A stretch of DNA of 42,976 bases, taken from positions 1 through 42,976 of the forward strand of contig CAJWFY010000001.1 of the NCBI GenBank assembly GCA_913031655.1, given 5' to 3'. This DNA is from an uncultured Flavobacteriaceae bacterium. GTDB taxonomy: Bacteria > Bacteroidota > Bacteroidia > Flavobacteriales > Flavobacteriaceae. Position 1 is the stretch's first letter, and each line of letters opens with the position of its first letter. The translations under genes and the position numbers were made by a program. Below are positions 9,398-17,887 of the stretch, one piece after another. The notes under the pieces were generated by a model that did not search any database, was not told the DNA's origin, and was given only the letters and a program-made list of their open reading frames with translations.

Positions 9398-11719
9398 TTA
9401 ACTTTTTTGTGTTGTTTCGTCTAAGTTATAAACTAGTACAGATAAGGAAATAAAAGCTTTTTCATCTGAGTATTTATTTATTTTTTTAACTTCATTTAAA
9501 TACGAGTTGAGTTTTAAAAGCTCTGTTTTATTTGGACTTCTCCCTGTAACCGTTCGATATAACTTAATTATTTTCTCTTTTTCAGACGCACCTTTTTCTG
9601 AAAATATTTTTTTAGAAAGGGATTCAGCTGCTAACAAGTATTGTGGATCGTTCATTAATGCTAAAGATTGTAAAGGTGTACTAGTCTTTTGTCTGACTGC
9701 CACACAAAAATCTCTGGTTGGAGCATCAAAAATCATCATTGAAGGAGGAGGGACAGTTCTTTTCCAAAATGTATATAAACTTCTTCTGAATAAATTATCA
9801 CCAGTATCGGGAACATAAAATGCTAAACTCCCACCTCCACCACCTGTAACCTCATTCCATAATCCAGGTGGTTGCATTGGCTTGACACTAGGTCCTCCAA
9901 TTCTGTTTACTAGCATTCCACTTGAAGCTAATGCATTATCTCTTATCATTTCAGCTGATAATTTTTGTCTTGGGTATTGTGCTAAATACATATTATCAAA
10001 GTCAATCAATAAATTTTCTTTTTTTGCTTTGCTAGACTGTTTGTAAGTTGAGGACATTACAATTCTTTTAATAAATTTTTTTGTATCCCATTTGTCATTT
10101 TTTTGATAAGTATAAGCTAACCAGTCAAGAAGTTCTGGGTTAATGGGTTTACTTCCTTGACTTCCAAAGTCATCTGGAGTCGCAACAATTCCAATTCCAA
10201 AAAATTGCTGCCAAATCCTATTAACTGCAACTCTAGAGGTCAAAGGGTTGTCTTCGTCAAAAAACCATTTTGATAATCCGACTCTATTAGCAGGATTTTT
10301 TTTATAGTCAAAGGGTAAAACTACTTTGGGAGTTCCAGGGCTAACCTTAGTTGTTGGAGAGTCATAACTTCCTCTATTTAAAACATAAGTATTTCTAAGA
10401 TTTTCAGTCTCTTTCATTACCATTAACGTCACATCATTAATGCTATCTGGAAGGTTCACAAAACTCAATTCATTTTTAAGATCTTCTTTTGTAATTTTTA
10501 AATTAGGTTTTGGCGCTGTTTCACCATATACAATTAATCCTTCTTCGTCCACATTATTAAAAAAACTATAGAAACTAAAAAATTCCTCATGAGATATTGG
10601 ATCGTATTTATGAGAGTGACACCTTGCACATTCAACAGTAAGTCCCATCATTATTTTTGATGTAGTAACAGCTCTGTCGGCTACATATTCAACACGATAT
10701 TCTTCGGGAACAACCCCACCTTCCTGAGTTATTTTATGATTTCTATTGAAACCTGAGGCTAGAATTTGTTCTTTGGTTGCGTTAGGGAGCATATCTCCAG
10801 CTATTTGCCATGTAATGAATTTATCATAGGATAAATTTTTATTGTAGGCATGTATCACCCAATCCCTCCAGGGCCACATAATCCTTTCTTGATCATCTTG
10901 GTACCCATGACTATCACCATACCTAGCTAAATCCATCCAAATTGAAGCCATTCTTTCGCCATATGATTTAGAAGAAAGCAGTTTGTCAACAATTTTTTCA
11001 TAGGCATCATTGGACTCGTTTGTCAAGAAATCATCTATATCATTTATTGATGGAGGAAGACCTATTAAATCAAAATACAATCTTCTTATAACAATTTCTT
11101 TTTCTTCTATTTCAGAGGGCTTTAAACCTTTGCTTTCTAGTTTATTTGCTACAAAGAAATCAATTTCATTACTACACCAATTTGAAAAATCTGTTTTTGG
11201 AATTTCTGGTAGAATTGGTTTAGAATAAGACCAATGTGATTTCCATTTAGCTCCTTGTTCTATCCATTTCTTTAATGTTTCTTTTTCTTTATTAGTTAGT
11301 GTAAGATTGGATTCTGGGGGAGGCATTATCTCATTTGAATTTTTATTATAAATTCTTTTAATAAGCTCGCTTTCGTGAGGATTTTCTCTATTAATAATAT
11401 ATTTATTAATATCATCCTCAAGAGTACCATAAAATCCTTGTTCTAAATCTAGCCTTAAGTCAGCTTTTCTTGCATTTTCATCTGGACCATGGCAAGTATA
11501 ACATTTGTCAGAAAGAATAGGTTTAACGTCAAAATTAAAGTTGATGTAATCAGAACTATTTTTATTTAAACTAGTATTGGTAGTAAAATTATTTTCCTTT
11601 ATTAAGTCACCAAAAGTCTCAGAGGGGTTATTTGAAATAAATTTAAATATTAAAATCCCAAAAAAAGGAATTAAAAAGTAACCTAAAAGTTGATAATTTG
11701 TACTGTTTTTATTTTTCAC
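9398..11719 (-). CDS. PSD1-type protein: planctomycete cytochrome-c domain + DUF1549 + DUF1553
   Basis: GTG start at 11719, followed by a membrane anchor LLGYFLIPFFGILIF. CYTCHGPDENARKADLRLD matches the PSCyt domain. CARCHSHKYDPISHEEF matches DUF1549. FDAPTRDFC...TPLQSLALMND matches DUF1553. It ends 5 nt upstream of the DUF1501 gene. Confidence 0.9.
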   Translation of the reverse strand: MKNKNSTNYQLLGYFLIPFFGILIFKFISNNPSETFGDLIKENNFTTNTSLNKNSSDYINFNFDVKPILSDKCYTCHGPDENARKADLRLDLEQGFYGTLEDDINKYIINRENPHESELIKRIYNKNSNEIMPPPESNLTLTNKEKETLKKWIEQGAKWKSHWSYSKPILPEIPKTDFSNWCSNEIDFFVANKLESKGLKPSEIEEKEIVIRRLYFDLIGLPPSINDIDDFLTNESNDAYEKIVDKLLSSKSYGERMASIWMDLARYGDSHGYQDDQERIMWPWRDWVIHAYNKNLSYDKFITWQIAGDMLPNATKEQILASGFNRNHKITQEGGVVPEEYRVEYVADRAVTTSKIMMGLTVECARCHSHKYDPISHEEFFSFYSFFNNVDEEGLIVYGETAPKPNLKITKEDLKNELSFVNLPDSINDVTLMVMKETENLRNTYVLNRGSYDSPTTKVSPGTPKVVLPFDYKKNPANRVGLSKWFFDEDNPLTSRVAVNRIWQQFFGIGIVATPDDFGSQGSKPINPELLDWLAYTYQKNDKWDTKKFIKRIVMSSTYKQSSKAKKENLLIDFDNMYLAQYPRQKLSAEMIRDNALASSGMLVNRIGGPSVKPMQPPGLWNEVTGGGGGSLAFYVPDTGDNLFRRSLYTFWKRTVPPPSMMIFDAPTRDFCVAVRQKTSTPLQSLALMNDPQYLLAAESLSKKIFSEKGASEKEKIIKLYRTVTGRSPNKTELLKLNSYLNEVKKINKYSDEKAFISLSVLVYNLDETTQKS

Positions 11720-11839
11720 TATTAATTAAAGTTATAAAAAACTAATCAGAAAAAAATATCGCACTAATTATAGTTTTCTATTTCTCGATTAAGCTATTGT
11801 TAGCAGATCTGATTTTATTGAATTTCTTATTTTAAAAAA

Positions 11840-12565
11840 TTAATTGCTTGTATTTTTTAAAGTATGTAGAATTATTTTTTCCATTACCTTATAACCTGCT
11901 AAGTTTGGGTGAACCAAATCATCTGAAGAAGTATATTCAGGCACTTTTAACCCTCCTTTATCATCTGCCATTGCTGAATAATAATCGGCATAAGGTGTGT
12001 CGTTTTCTTCACAATACTTTTTCAAAATAGAATTTAATTTTATAACCTTTGGTCCTGGATTTAATCCTGGATTCCAAGGGAAGTCAATTGCAGGTATTGT
12101 TGAGCAAATTATAACTGAAATATTATTAGCTTTTGCAATTTCTGTCATTGAGATGATATTTTCTGCAGTATTTTCAATTGTAATTGGGCCTGTGTTCCCC
12201 GCTATATCATTAATTCCTGCTAGAATAACAACTGTTTTAGGTTTCAAATTTATAACATCAGGTCTGAATCTTATGAGCATTTGAGGTGTTGTTTGTCCAC
12301 TTATTCCTCTGTTAATGAAAGGGTTTTTTAAAAAAAAATCTTTATTAAAGTTGCTCCAGCCTTCTGTTATGGAATTTCCCATAAATACAACCCTATTTGG
12401 GTCTTCAAAATCCATAATTTTCGAATTAGACTCTCTAAATTTCTCTAAATGAGCCCAATCTTCTAATGTTCCTCCACCAGGAACATAGGTTACTTGCCCC
12501 TGTATGTTATTTGCCATAGCAATATTTAGTATAAATAGTATGAATATTTTTTTGGTAATGTACAT
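11840..12565 (-). CDS. Secreted SGNH/GDSL esterase (acetylesterase-like)
   Basis: Signal peptide present. The SGNH blocks are all there: FMGNSITEGW (I), GISGQTT (II), AGINDI (III) and DDLVHPN (V). Confidence 0.85.
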   Translation of the reverse strand: MYITKKIFILFILNIAMANNIQGQVTYVPGGGTLEDWAHLEKFRESNSKIMDFEDPNRVVFMGNSITEGWSNFNKDFFLKNPFINRGISGQTTPQMLIRFRPDVINLKPKTVVILAGINDIAGNTGPITIENTAENIISMTEIAKANNISVIICSTIPAIDFPWNPGLNPGPKVIKLNSILKKYCEENDTPYADYYSAMADDKGGLKVPEYTSSDDLVHPNLAGYKVMEKIILHTLKNTSN

Positions 12566-12569
12566 TTTT

Positions 12570-13349
12570 TTATTTTTTAGTTTTTGAGTGTATCCATTTT
12601 AAAAAATCTTTTTCTAAAAAAGCATTATTCCAGCTATTATGGCCAACATTTTCGTAGAAAGTTATCCTAGGACTTCCTCCTTTATCAATTATAGCTTTTG
12701 TCATTTTTAAAGAATTATTAGGACTAACAACTCTATCGCTTGAGCCATGAAAAATCCATAATGGTGTATTTTTAGCATATTCATTTACAGTTTCAATCCT
12801 GCCATCTCCACAAATTGGTGTAGCAGCAGCAAACATTTCAGGTCTTCTAGATAATATTTCAAATGTTCCCATTCCTCCCATAGAAAGTCCACTGACGTAA
12901 ACTTTATTTTTATTAACTGTTTTAGTTTGGGTTAATGAATCCATCAATTTGATAACAAGATTTAAACTATTACTAGAATCAATTCCATTTATATTTCTGT
13001 ACATTGATTCCTTGTCTTTTGGATTAAAACTCATATCAGCCCACTCATATTTTTCGCTACATTGAGGAAAAATCACCCAAGATTTATAATTTTTTCTATT
13101 ATTTTCATTTAAAAAAAGACTTGCACCATGAACTAACTGTTTTTCATTGTCATCTCCTCTTTCACCAACACCATGAAGAAATAAATGGAGTGGATAATTT
13201 TTGTTTGCACTAAAATCATGTGGTTTTAAAACCCTGTATTTAAGCGTGTCTTTACCATTTATAAAAATTTCTTTTTCAAATAAATCTAAATTCTGAGAAT
13301 TAATATTTGATATAAAAAATAAAGTAATAATTAGAGTTATTTTTTTCAT
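12570..13349 (-). CDS. Secreted alpha/beta hydrolase (carboxylesterase / CE1-like)
   Basis: Signal MKKITLIITLFFISNINSQ. Contains HLFLHGVGERGDD, the nucleophile elbow GLSMGGMG, and candidate acid/His residues in HGSSDRVV and NVGHNSW. Its ATG directly abuts the symporter stop codon. Confidence 0.8.
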   Translation of the reverse strand: MKKITLIITLFFISNINSQNLDLFEKEIFINGKDTLKYRVLKPHDFSANKNYPLHLFLHGVGERGDDNEKQLVHGASLFLNENNRKNYKSWVIFPQCSEKYEWADMSFNPKDKESMYRNINGIDSSNSLNLVIKLMDSLTQTKTVNKNKVYVSGLSMGGMGTFEILSRRPEMFAAATPICGDGRIETVNEYAKNTPLWIFHGSSDRVVSPNNSLKMTKAIIDKGGSPRITFYENVGHNSWNNAFLEKDFLKWIHSKTKK

Positions 13350-15020
13350 TTATTCTATAGATGGAATTCTAATTCTTTCAACCAATTCCTGAATTTCTTT
13401 AGGAGGTTTTGCAGTTAAATGACAAATAATAAGTGAAACTATAAAGTTAGCTAACATAGCGAAGGTTCCAAATCCTTCGGGTGATACACCAAACCACCAG
13501 TCATCACTAGTTCCTCCGCCAAACCATCCGAATTTAAATTTTGTCATGTAAAAAAGCATTAACAAAAGTCCTACTATCATTCCTGAAACGGCTCCTTCTT
13601 TGTTCATTCTTTTGTAAAAGATTCCCATAACAATGGCTGGAAAAAATGATGCAGCTGCGAGTCCAAAAGCTAAAGCTACAGTAGCGGCAACAAAACCAGG
13701 AGGATTTATTCCGAAATATCCAGCTAAAAGAACTGCAAAGAATGCAGAAACTCTTGCAGCTATAAGTTCTCCCTTTTCAGAAACGTCAGGTTTGATTATT
13801 TTTTTAATAAGGTCATGTGATACAGATGCAGATATTACTAAAAGAAGTCCAGCTGCAGTTGAAAGTGCTGCTGCTAAAGCACCTGCTGCTAATAGAGCAA
13901 TCACCCAGTTAGGCAGTTCAGCAATTTCTGGATTTGCCATTACCATAATATCTCTATCAATACTTAATTCATTTAATTTGGGATCGGCAAGATATTGCAC
14001 AAGACCATCTTTATTTTTATCATCAAAAGTTAATAACCCAGTCTTCTCCCAATTATCAAACCATCCAGGTAATTCATCATACCTTTTTTCACTAACCGTT
14101 TCAATTAAGTTTATTCTGGCAAAAACTGCAATTGCTGGTGCAGTTGTATAAAGTATTGCAATAAAAAGAAGAGCCCATCCAGCAGATTTTCTGGCATCGC
14201 TTACTTTTTTTACAGTAAAAAATCTAACTATTACATGGGGAAGACCAGCAGTCCCCACCATTAATGCCGCTGTTATAAAAAAGACATCTAACTTGGATTT
14301 AGATCCAGAAGTATATTGATGAAAGCCTAACTCTCTACTTAAGCCATCTAGTTTGTCTAGTAAATACATTCCGTCAGTTCCTTGAGATCCGAAACCAATT
14401 TGTGGAATAGGATTTCCAGTCATTTGAATAGATATAAAAATAGCAGGAACCATAAAGGCAAAAATCAAAACACAATATTGAGCTACTTGAGTGTATGTTA
14501 TTCCTTTCATTCCACCTAAAACGGCATAAAACAATACAATCGCCATTCCAATAACAACTCCAGTGTTAATGTCTACTTCCAAATATCTTGAAAAAACCAA
14601 CCCCACCCCTCTCATTTGTCCAGCTACATAAGTAAAGGATATAATTAAAGCGCAAATGACAGCGACTACTCTAGCAGTATTTGAGTAGTATCTGTCCCCA
14701 ATAAAATCAGGAACAGTAAATTTTCCAAATTTTCTTAAGTATGGAGCTAGTAAAAGTGCAAGAAGAACATATCCACCTGTCCAGCCCATTAAATAGACTG
14801 AGCCATCATAACCCATAAAAGAAATTAGACCAGCCATTGAAATAAATGAAGCAGCAGACATCCAATCGGCAGCTGTGGCCATTCCATTAGCTATGGGTGA
14901 AACTCCACTTCCAGCAACATAAAATTCTTTTGTTGATCCTGCTTTTGACCAAATAGCAATTCCAATATAAAGCGTAAAAGTTACTCCAACCATTAGCCAT
15001 ATCCATAATTGTAAACTCAT
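13350..15020 (-). CDS. Sodium:solute symporter, ActP-like (VC_2705-type cation/acetate symporter)
   Basis: A 556-aa polytopic SSS-family protein, similar in length to E. coli ActP. It is preceded by, and overlaps in ATGA with, a DUF4212 small-subunit gene. That pairing is diagnostic for this subfamily. Confidence 0.85.
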   Translation of the reverse strand: MSLQLWIWLMVGVTFTLYIGIAIWSKAGSTKEFYVAGSGVSPIANGMATAADWMSAASFISMAGLISFMGYDGSVYLMGWTGGYVLLALLLAPYLRKFGKFTVPDFIGDRYYSNTARVVAVICALIISFTYVAGQMRGVGLVFSRYLEVDINTGVVIGMAIVLFYAVLGGMKGITYTQVAQYCVLIFAFMVPAIFISIQMTGNPIPQIGFGSQGTDGMYLLDKLDGLSRELGFHQYTSGSKSKLDVFFITAALMVGTAGLPHVIVRFFTVKKVSDARKSAGWALLFIAILYTTAPAIAVFARINLIETVSEKRYDELPGWFDNWEKTGLLTFDDKNKDGLVQYLADPKLNELSIDRDIMVMANPEIAELPNWVIALLAAGALAAALSTAAGLLLVISASVSHDLIKKIIKPDVSEKGELIAARVSAFFAVLLAGYFGINPPGFVAATVALAFGLAAASFFPAIVMGIFYKRMNKEGAVSGMIVGLLLMLFYMTKFKFGWFGGGTSDDWWFGVSPEGFGTFAMLANFIVSLIICHLTAKPPKEIQELVERIRIPSIE

Positions 15021-15277
15021 GATGATCTTTTTGAATTAAACTTTTTATCTAACCTATTCATTAATAATATGTAAACAAATATTAAGGCAACAAAGACATA
15101 AATAGAGCCTTGTTGAGCAAACCAAAATCCTAATTTAAATCCTCCTATTTTAAATTGATTTAACTCCTCAATAAGGATGATGCCAAAACCAAAAGAGACA
15201 GTGAACCAAATTGAAAGAAGTATGATTAAGTATTTTATATTTTTTTTCCAGTACTGCTTAGCTAGTTGTTCATTCAT
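15017..15277 (-). CDS. DUF4212 protein (putative solute:sodium symporter small subunit)
   Basis: An 86-aa protein with two transmembrane segments (YLIILLSIWFTVSFGFGIIL and IYVFVALIFVYILLM). It shares a 4-nt ATGA overlap with the symporter gene. Confidence 0.8.
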   Translation of the reverse strand: MNEQLAKQYWKKNIKYLIILLSIWFTVSFGFGIILIEELNQFKIGGFKLGFWFAQQGSIYVFVALIFVYILLMNRLDKKFNSKRSS

Positions 15278-15330
15278 GAAATATGTAGTTCTATTTTAAT
15301 AAAAATAACGAATAAAATCAATTATATTCA

Positions 15331-15360
15331 TTTAAAAAGAGACTAACTATTCTTTTTAAA
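15331..15360. promoter_or_regulatory. Perfect 10-bp inverted repeat (TTTAAAAAGA-N10-TCTTTTTAAA), candidate operator upstream of the DUF4212/symporter operon
   Basis: Read directly from the sequence. It lies 54-83 nt upstream of the start at 15277. The spacer begins a 9-mer, AGAGACTAA (15338-15346), that recurs at 15380-15388. Confidence 0.25.
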
Positions 15361-15440
15361 GTACAAATGATTTATTTTCAGAGACTAAATGTTTGAAAGT
15401 ATGGGTATTAATTATTTTTTAATTAGTAGATGTGAAAGCA

Positions 15441-15486
15441 TAATAAAAGAAAAAACATCCTTGTTTTTTTAAAAACAAGGATGTTT
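15441..15486 (-). terminator. Rho-independent terminator after the HMG-CoA reductase / GHMP kinase operon
   Basis: On the minus strand, AAACATCCTTGTTTTT-AA-AAAAACAAGGATGTTT forms a perfect 16-bp stem (15453-15468 with 15471-15486). It is followed by TTTCTTTTATT. The element sits 62 nt downstream of the stop at 15548. Confidence 0.6.
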
Positions 15487-15547
15487 AAACAACAACTAAC
15501 CAAAAATATTATGTGTTAACCTAAATACAGAAATCGTGCCAAACTTT

Positions 15548-16453
15548 TTATATAAACATCTTTTTATAGTTAATAACAGTATTAAAGCCTTTTTTATTAA
15601 AGTAATTGGGAGTGTTTGTCGGACCTGCGGCTAATATAAAATCACCTCCCCAAGCTCCAAGACTTTTGATTTCTCCACTATAATCTTTAAAAAGGTTTTC
15701 TTTAACTGGTTTTATATTTAAATGTTTAGACAATAAAATTTCATGTTTTTTTATACAATTTTGAAAATCAATTAATTTTTTACATTCAAAAAACTCTACA
15801 GTTAAATTAGAAAACGTATCAATTAATTTTGAATTTTCAGATTGTTTTTTATTAAAAAACTCTATCTGTTTATTGCTATTTTGTTTTTTGTTTAAATAAA
15901 TAAAAAATAAATTTTCAAAAAAAACAGGTTTAAAATTTACTTCCTTAACAATTGGCTTACTATTTTTTAATTGATACAGAATAGAACTTTTTGTTTTAGC
16001 ACAAGCAATATCATAACCACTTCCTTTGAAATTTAACCACAACAATTCATATGCATTGATATTAGCCCAATTAGAAATATTATTTATCAAAGTTGATGAG
16101 CTCCCTAGTCCCCAGTTTGTTGGAAAATCTAAGTTAGTTTTAACTTTTCCACCTTGTGATTGATTTAAAAATTTAGAATTTAATTTTTGTGCCGACAATA
16201 AAATTGATTGTAAAACTCTACTTTTTTCATTGTCATTTTTAACAATATTTAAACTAGGAAGCTCAAATACGGTATTAAACCAAATTTCTTTTTTTTCATC
16301 ATATGCCTCCCAAATTAAATTATTAGAATCAATGGATGTAAAATTAAGAGATTGGCTGTAATTAGTTGGAATAGCTAGTGCTAAAGCTCCTTTTAAAATA
16401 AAGTATTCTGATGTTATTAATACTTTTCCATAGCTTGTAGTACTATAATCCAT
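15548..16453 (-). CDS. GYDIA-family GHMP kinase (candidate mevalonate-pathway kinase)
   Basis: Contains the literal GSGYDIACA motif and the GHMP motif NWGLGSSSTL, with N-terminus GKVLITSEYFILKGA. The first ATG is at 16453 (MDYSTT) and overlaps the HMGR stop by 11 nt. The track start at 16480 is a TTG. Confidence 0.8.
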   Translation of the reverse strand: MDYSTTSYGKVLITSEYFILKGALALAIPTNYSQSLNFTSIDSNNLIWEAYDEKKEIWFNTVFELPSLNIVKNDNEKSRVLQSILLSAQKLNSKFLNQSQGGKVKTNLDFPTNWGLGSSSTLINNISNWANINAYELLWLNFKGSGYDIACAKTKSSILYQLKNSKPIVKEVNFKPVFFENLFFIYLNKKQNSNKQIEFFNKKQSENSKLIDTFSNLTVEFFECKKLIDFQNCIKKHEILLSKHLNIKPVKENLFKDYSGEIKSLGAWGGDFILAAGPTNTPNYFNKKGFNTVINYKKMFI

Positions 16454-17780
16454 TTCTAATATTTTTAAGTGCTTTTTCAACGCTGCTATAAGTGACAGTA
16501 TGAATTTTGAAATATTTAATCATTTCTTTCTTCTCAAATTCATCAGCATTTAATGTATTTAAAATATTAATTAAATGCATTTTCATATGCCCTTGTTGTA
16601 TTCCAGATGTTATTAAAGACTTTATAGCACCAAAATTTTGTGCAAGCCCAGCTACAGCAACGATTTTCATTAAATCCTTTCCAGATGGATTTCCAAGTAA
16701 TTGGAGTGACCATTTCACAAGCGGGTGTAGGTTTGTTATTCCTCCAACGGTACCAAGGGAAATTGGGAGTTCTATAGAAAAAGTAAAAATATCTTTTACA
16801 ATTTTTGCATCAGACAAACTAGTATAATGTCCGTTTCTTGATGCGTAAGCATGAACACCAGCTTCAATAGCTCTAAAATCGTTTCCAGTAGCTATAATTA
16901 CAGAATCCACCCCATTCATGATTCCTTTATTATGAGTTACTGCTCTTTCTCTTTGAGTTTTTGCTATTTGTACTGCTTGAATAAATTTTTCAGCTAATTT
17001 TTTTCCGCTAAAATTCTTGTCATCACTTAATTTTTCTACTGAACAGCTCATTTCAGCTCTAACCAAACATTCGGGAACATAATTAGTTAGTATGCTCATT
17101 ATTATTTCTATGTTTTTTTCATTATTAGAAAAATTTGAATTTGAAATTGCTTGATTTTTTAAAGTTTCAGAAAACTGTTCAAGGCATGAATTGATAAAAT
17201 TAGCTCCCATAGAATCTACAGTGTCAAAAGTGGCATTGAGTTGAAAATAATTGGGAATATCAATTGTCTTATCTATTAATTCAATATCAAGAATTCCTCC
17301 TCCTCTTTTAGTCATATTAGAACTAATTTCTTTAGTATCCTCTATCAATAAATGTTTAATTTTTTTAAAAAAATCAAATAATTTATTTTTCTTTCCATTA
17401 AAAATAAAATGAACTTGCCCTGTTTTTTTAAAACTTAAAATCTTAGTTTTAAAACCACCTCTTTCTCTCCAAAATTTAGCGGCTTTACAAGCTGCAGCAA
17501 TAACAGAGCTTTCTTCAATTGCCATAGGGATAGTGTGATCTCTTCCATCAATTAAAAAATTTGGTGCTATACCTAGTGGCAGATAAAAGTTTGAAATAGT
17601 ATTTTCAGTAAATTCATCATGTATTTTTTGTAAATCTATGTCGTCATTCCAATATTGTTTTAATAATTTGGCTGATTCTAAGTTGCTTTTAAAATAAGTA
17701 GAACTAACCCATTCTATTTTTTCTTGTTTTGATAATTTAGAAAAGCCATCAATTTTATTGTTGAAATTTTGTTTTATCAT
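16443..17780 (-). CDS. mvaA: Hydroxymethylglutaryl-CoA reductase, class II
   Basis: 445 aa, with no membrane domain. Motifs are EESSVIAAACKAA, DSMGANFINS, THNKGIMNGVDSV and LGTVGG. Confidence 0.9.
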   Translation of the reverse strand: MIKQNFNNKIDGFSKLSKQEKIEWVSSTYFKSNLESAKLLKQYWNDDIDLQKIHDEFTENTISNFYLPLGIAPNFLIDGRDHTIPMAIEESSVIAAACKAAKFWRERGGFKTKILSFKKTGQVHFIFNGKKNKLFDFFKKIKHLLIEDTKEISSNMTKRGGGILDIELIDKTIDIPNYFQLNATFDTVDSMGANFINSCLEQFSETLKNQAISNSNFSNNEKNIEIIMSILTNYVPECLVRAEMSCSVEKLSDDKNFSGKKLAEKFIQAVQIAKTQRERAVTHNKGIMNGVDSVIIATGNDFRAIEAGVHAYASRNGHYTSLSDAKIVKDIFTFSIELPISLGTVGGITNLHPLVKWSLQLLGNPSGKDLMKIVAVAGLAQNFGAIKSLITSGIQQGHMKMHLINILNTLNADEFEKKEMIKYFKIHTVTYSSVEKALKNIRNGL

Positions 17781-17887
17781 ATTACAAAGATAATCATTGT
17801 GTGATTTAATTTATTGTTATGAGTTTTTAGATTTTATTAACTTAGATATAAATAGAATTTAGATCGATTAATTTCAAAAGTGTAAAT

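Noticed and set aside
13633-14151. A 172-aa ORF on the plus strand inside the symporter gene. The same applies to other antisense or overlapping ORFs in the track: 467-814, 618-800, 1331-1594, 1534-1737, 7540-7728, 8415-8606, 9507-9818, 11010-11228, 11848-12030, 11997-12284, 16507-16827, 19553-19762, 20223-20441, 20227-20412, 21008-21253, 21394-21603, 23285-23530, 24089-24319, 25601-25783, 28202-28543, 31675-31881, 33681-33887, 37343-37549, 39043-39240, 39156-39344 and 39766-39996.
   Set aside because: Each lies wholly within, or antisense to, a longer ORF with clear family motifs. Their compositions are low-complexity (Ala/Ser or Ile/Phe/Lys runs) and they carry no recognisable motifs. They are shadow ORFs.
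15389-15472. A 27-codon ORF (MFESMGINYFLISRCESIIKEKTSLFF) in the 270-bp intergenic region.
   Set aside because: It has no promoter or conservation evidence. It runs into the terminator hairpin of the opposite strand and has AT-driven composition. It is likely spurious.
16454-16480. The longer version of the GYDIA kinase, starting at 16480.
   Set aside because: That start is a TTG lying 38 nt inside the HMGR gene. The first ATG (16453) gives the typical short stop/start overlap.
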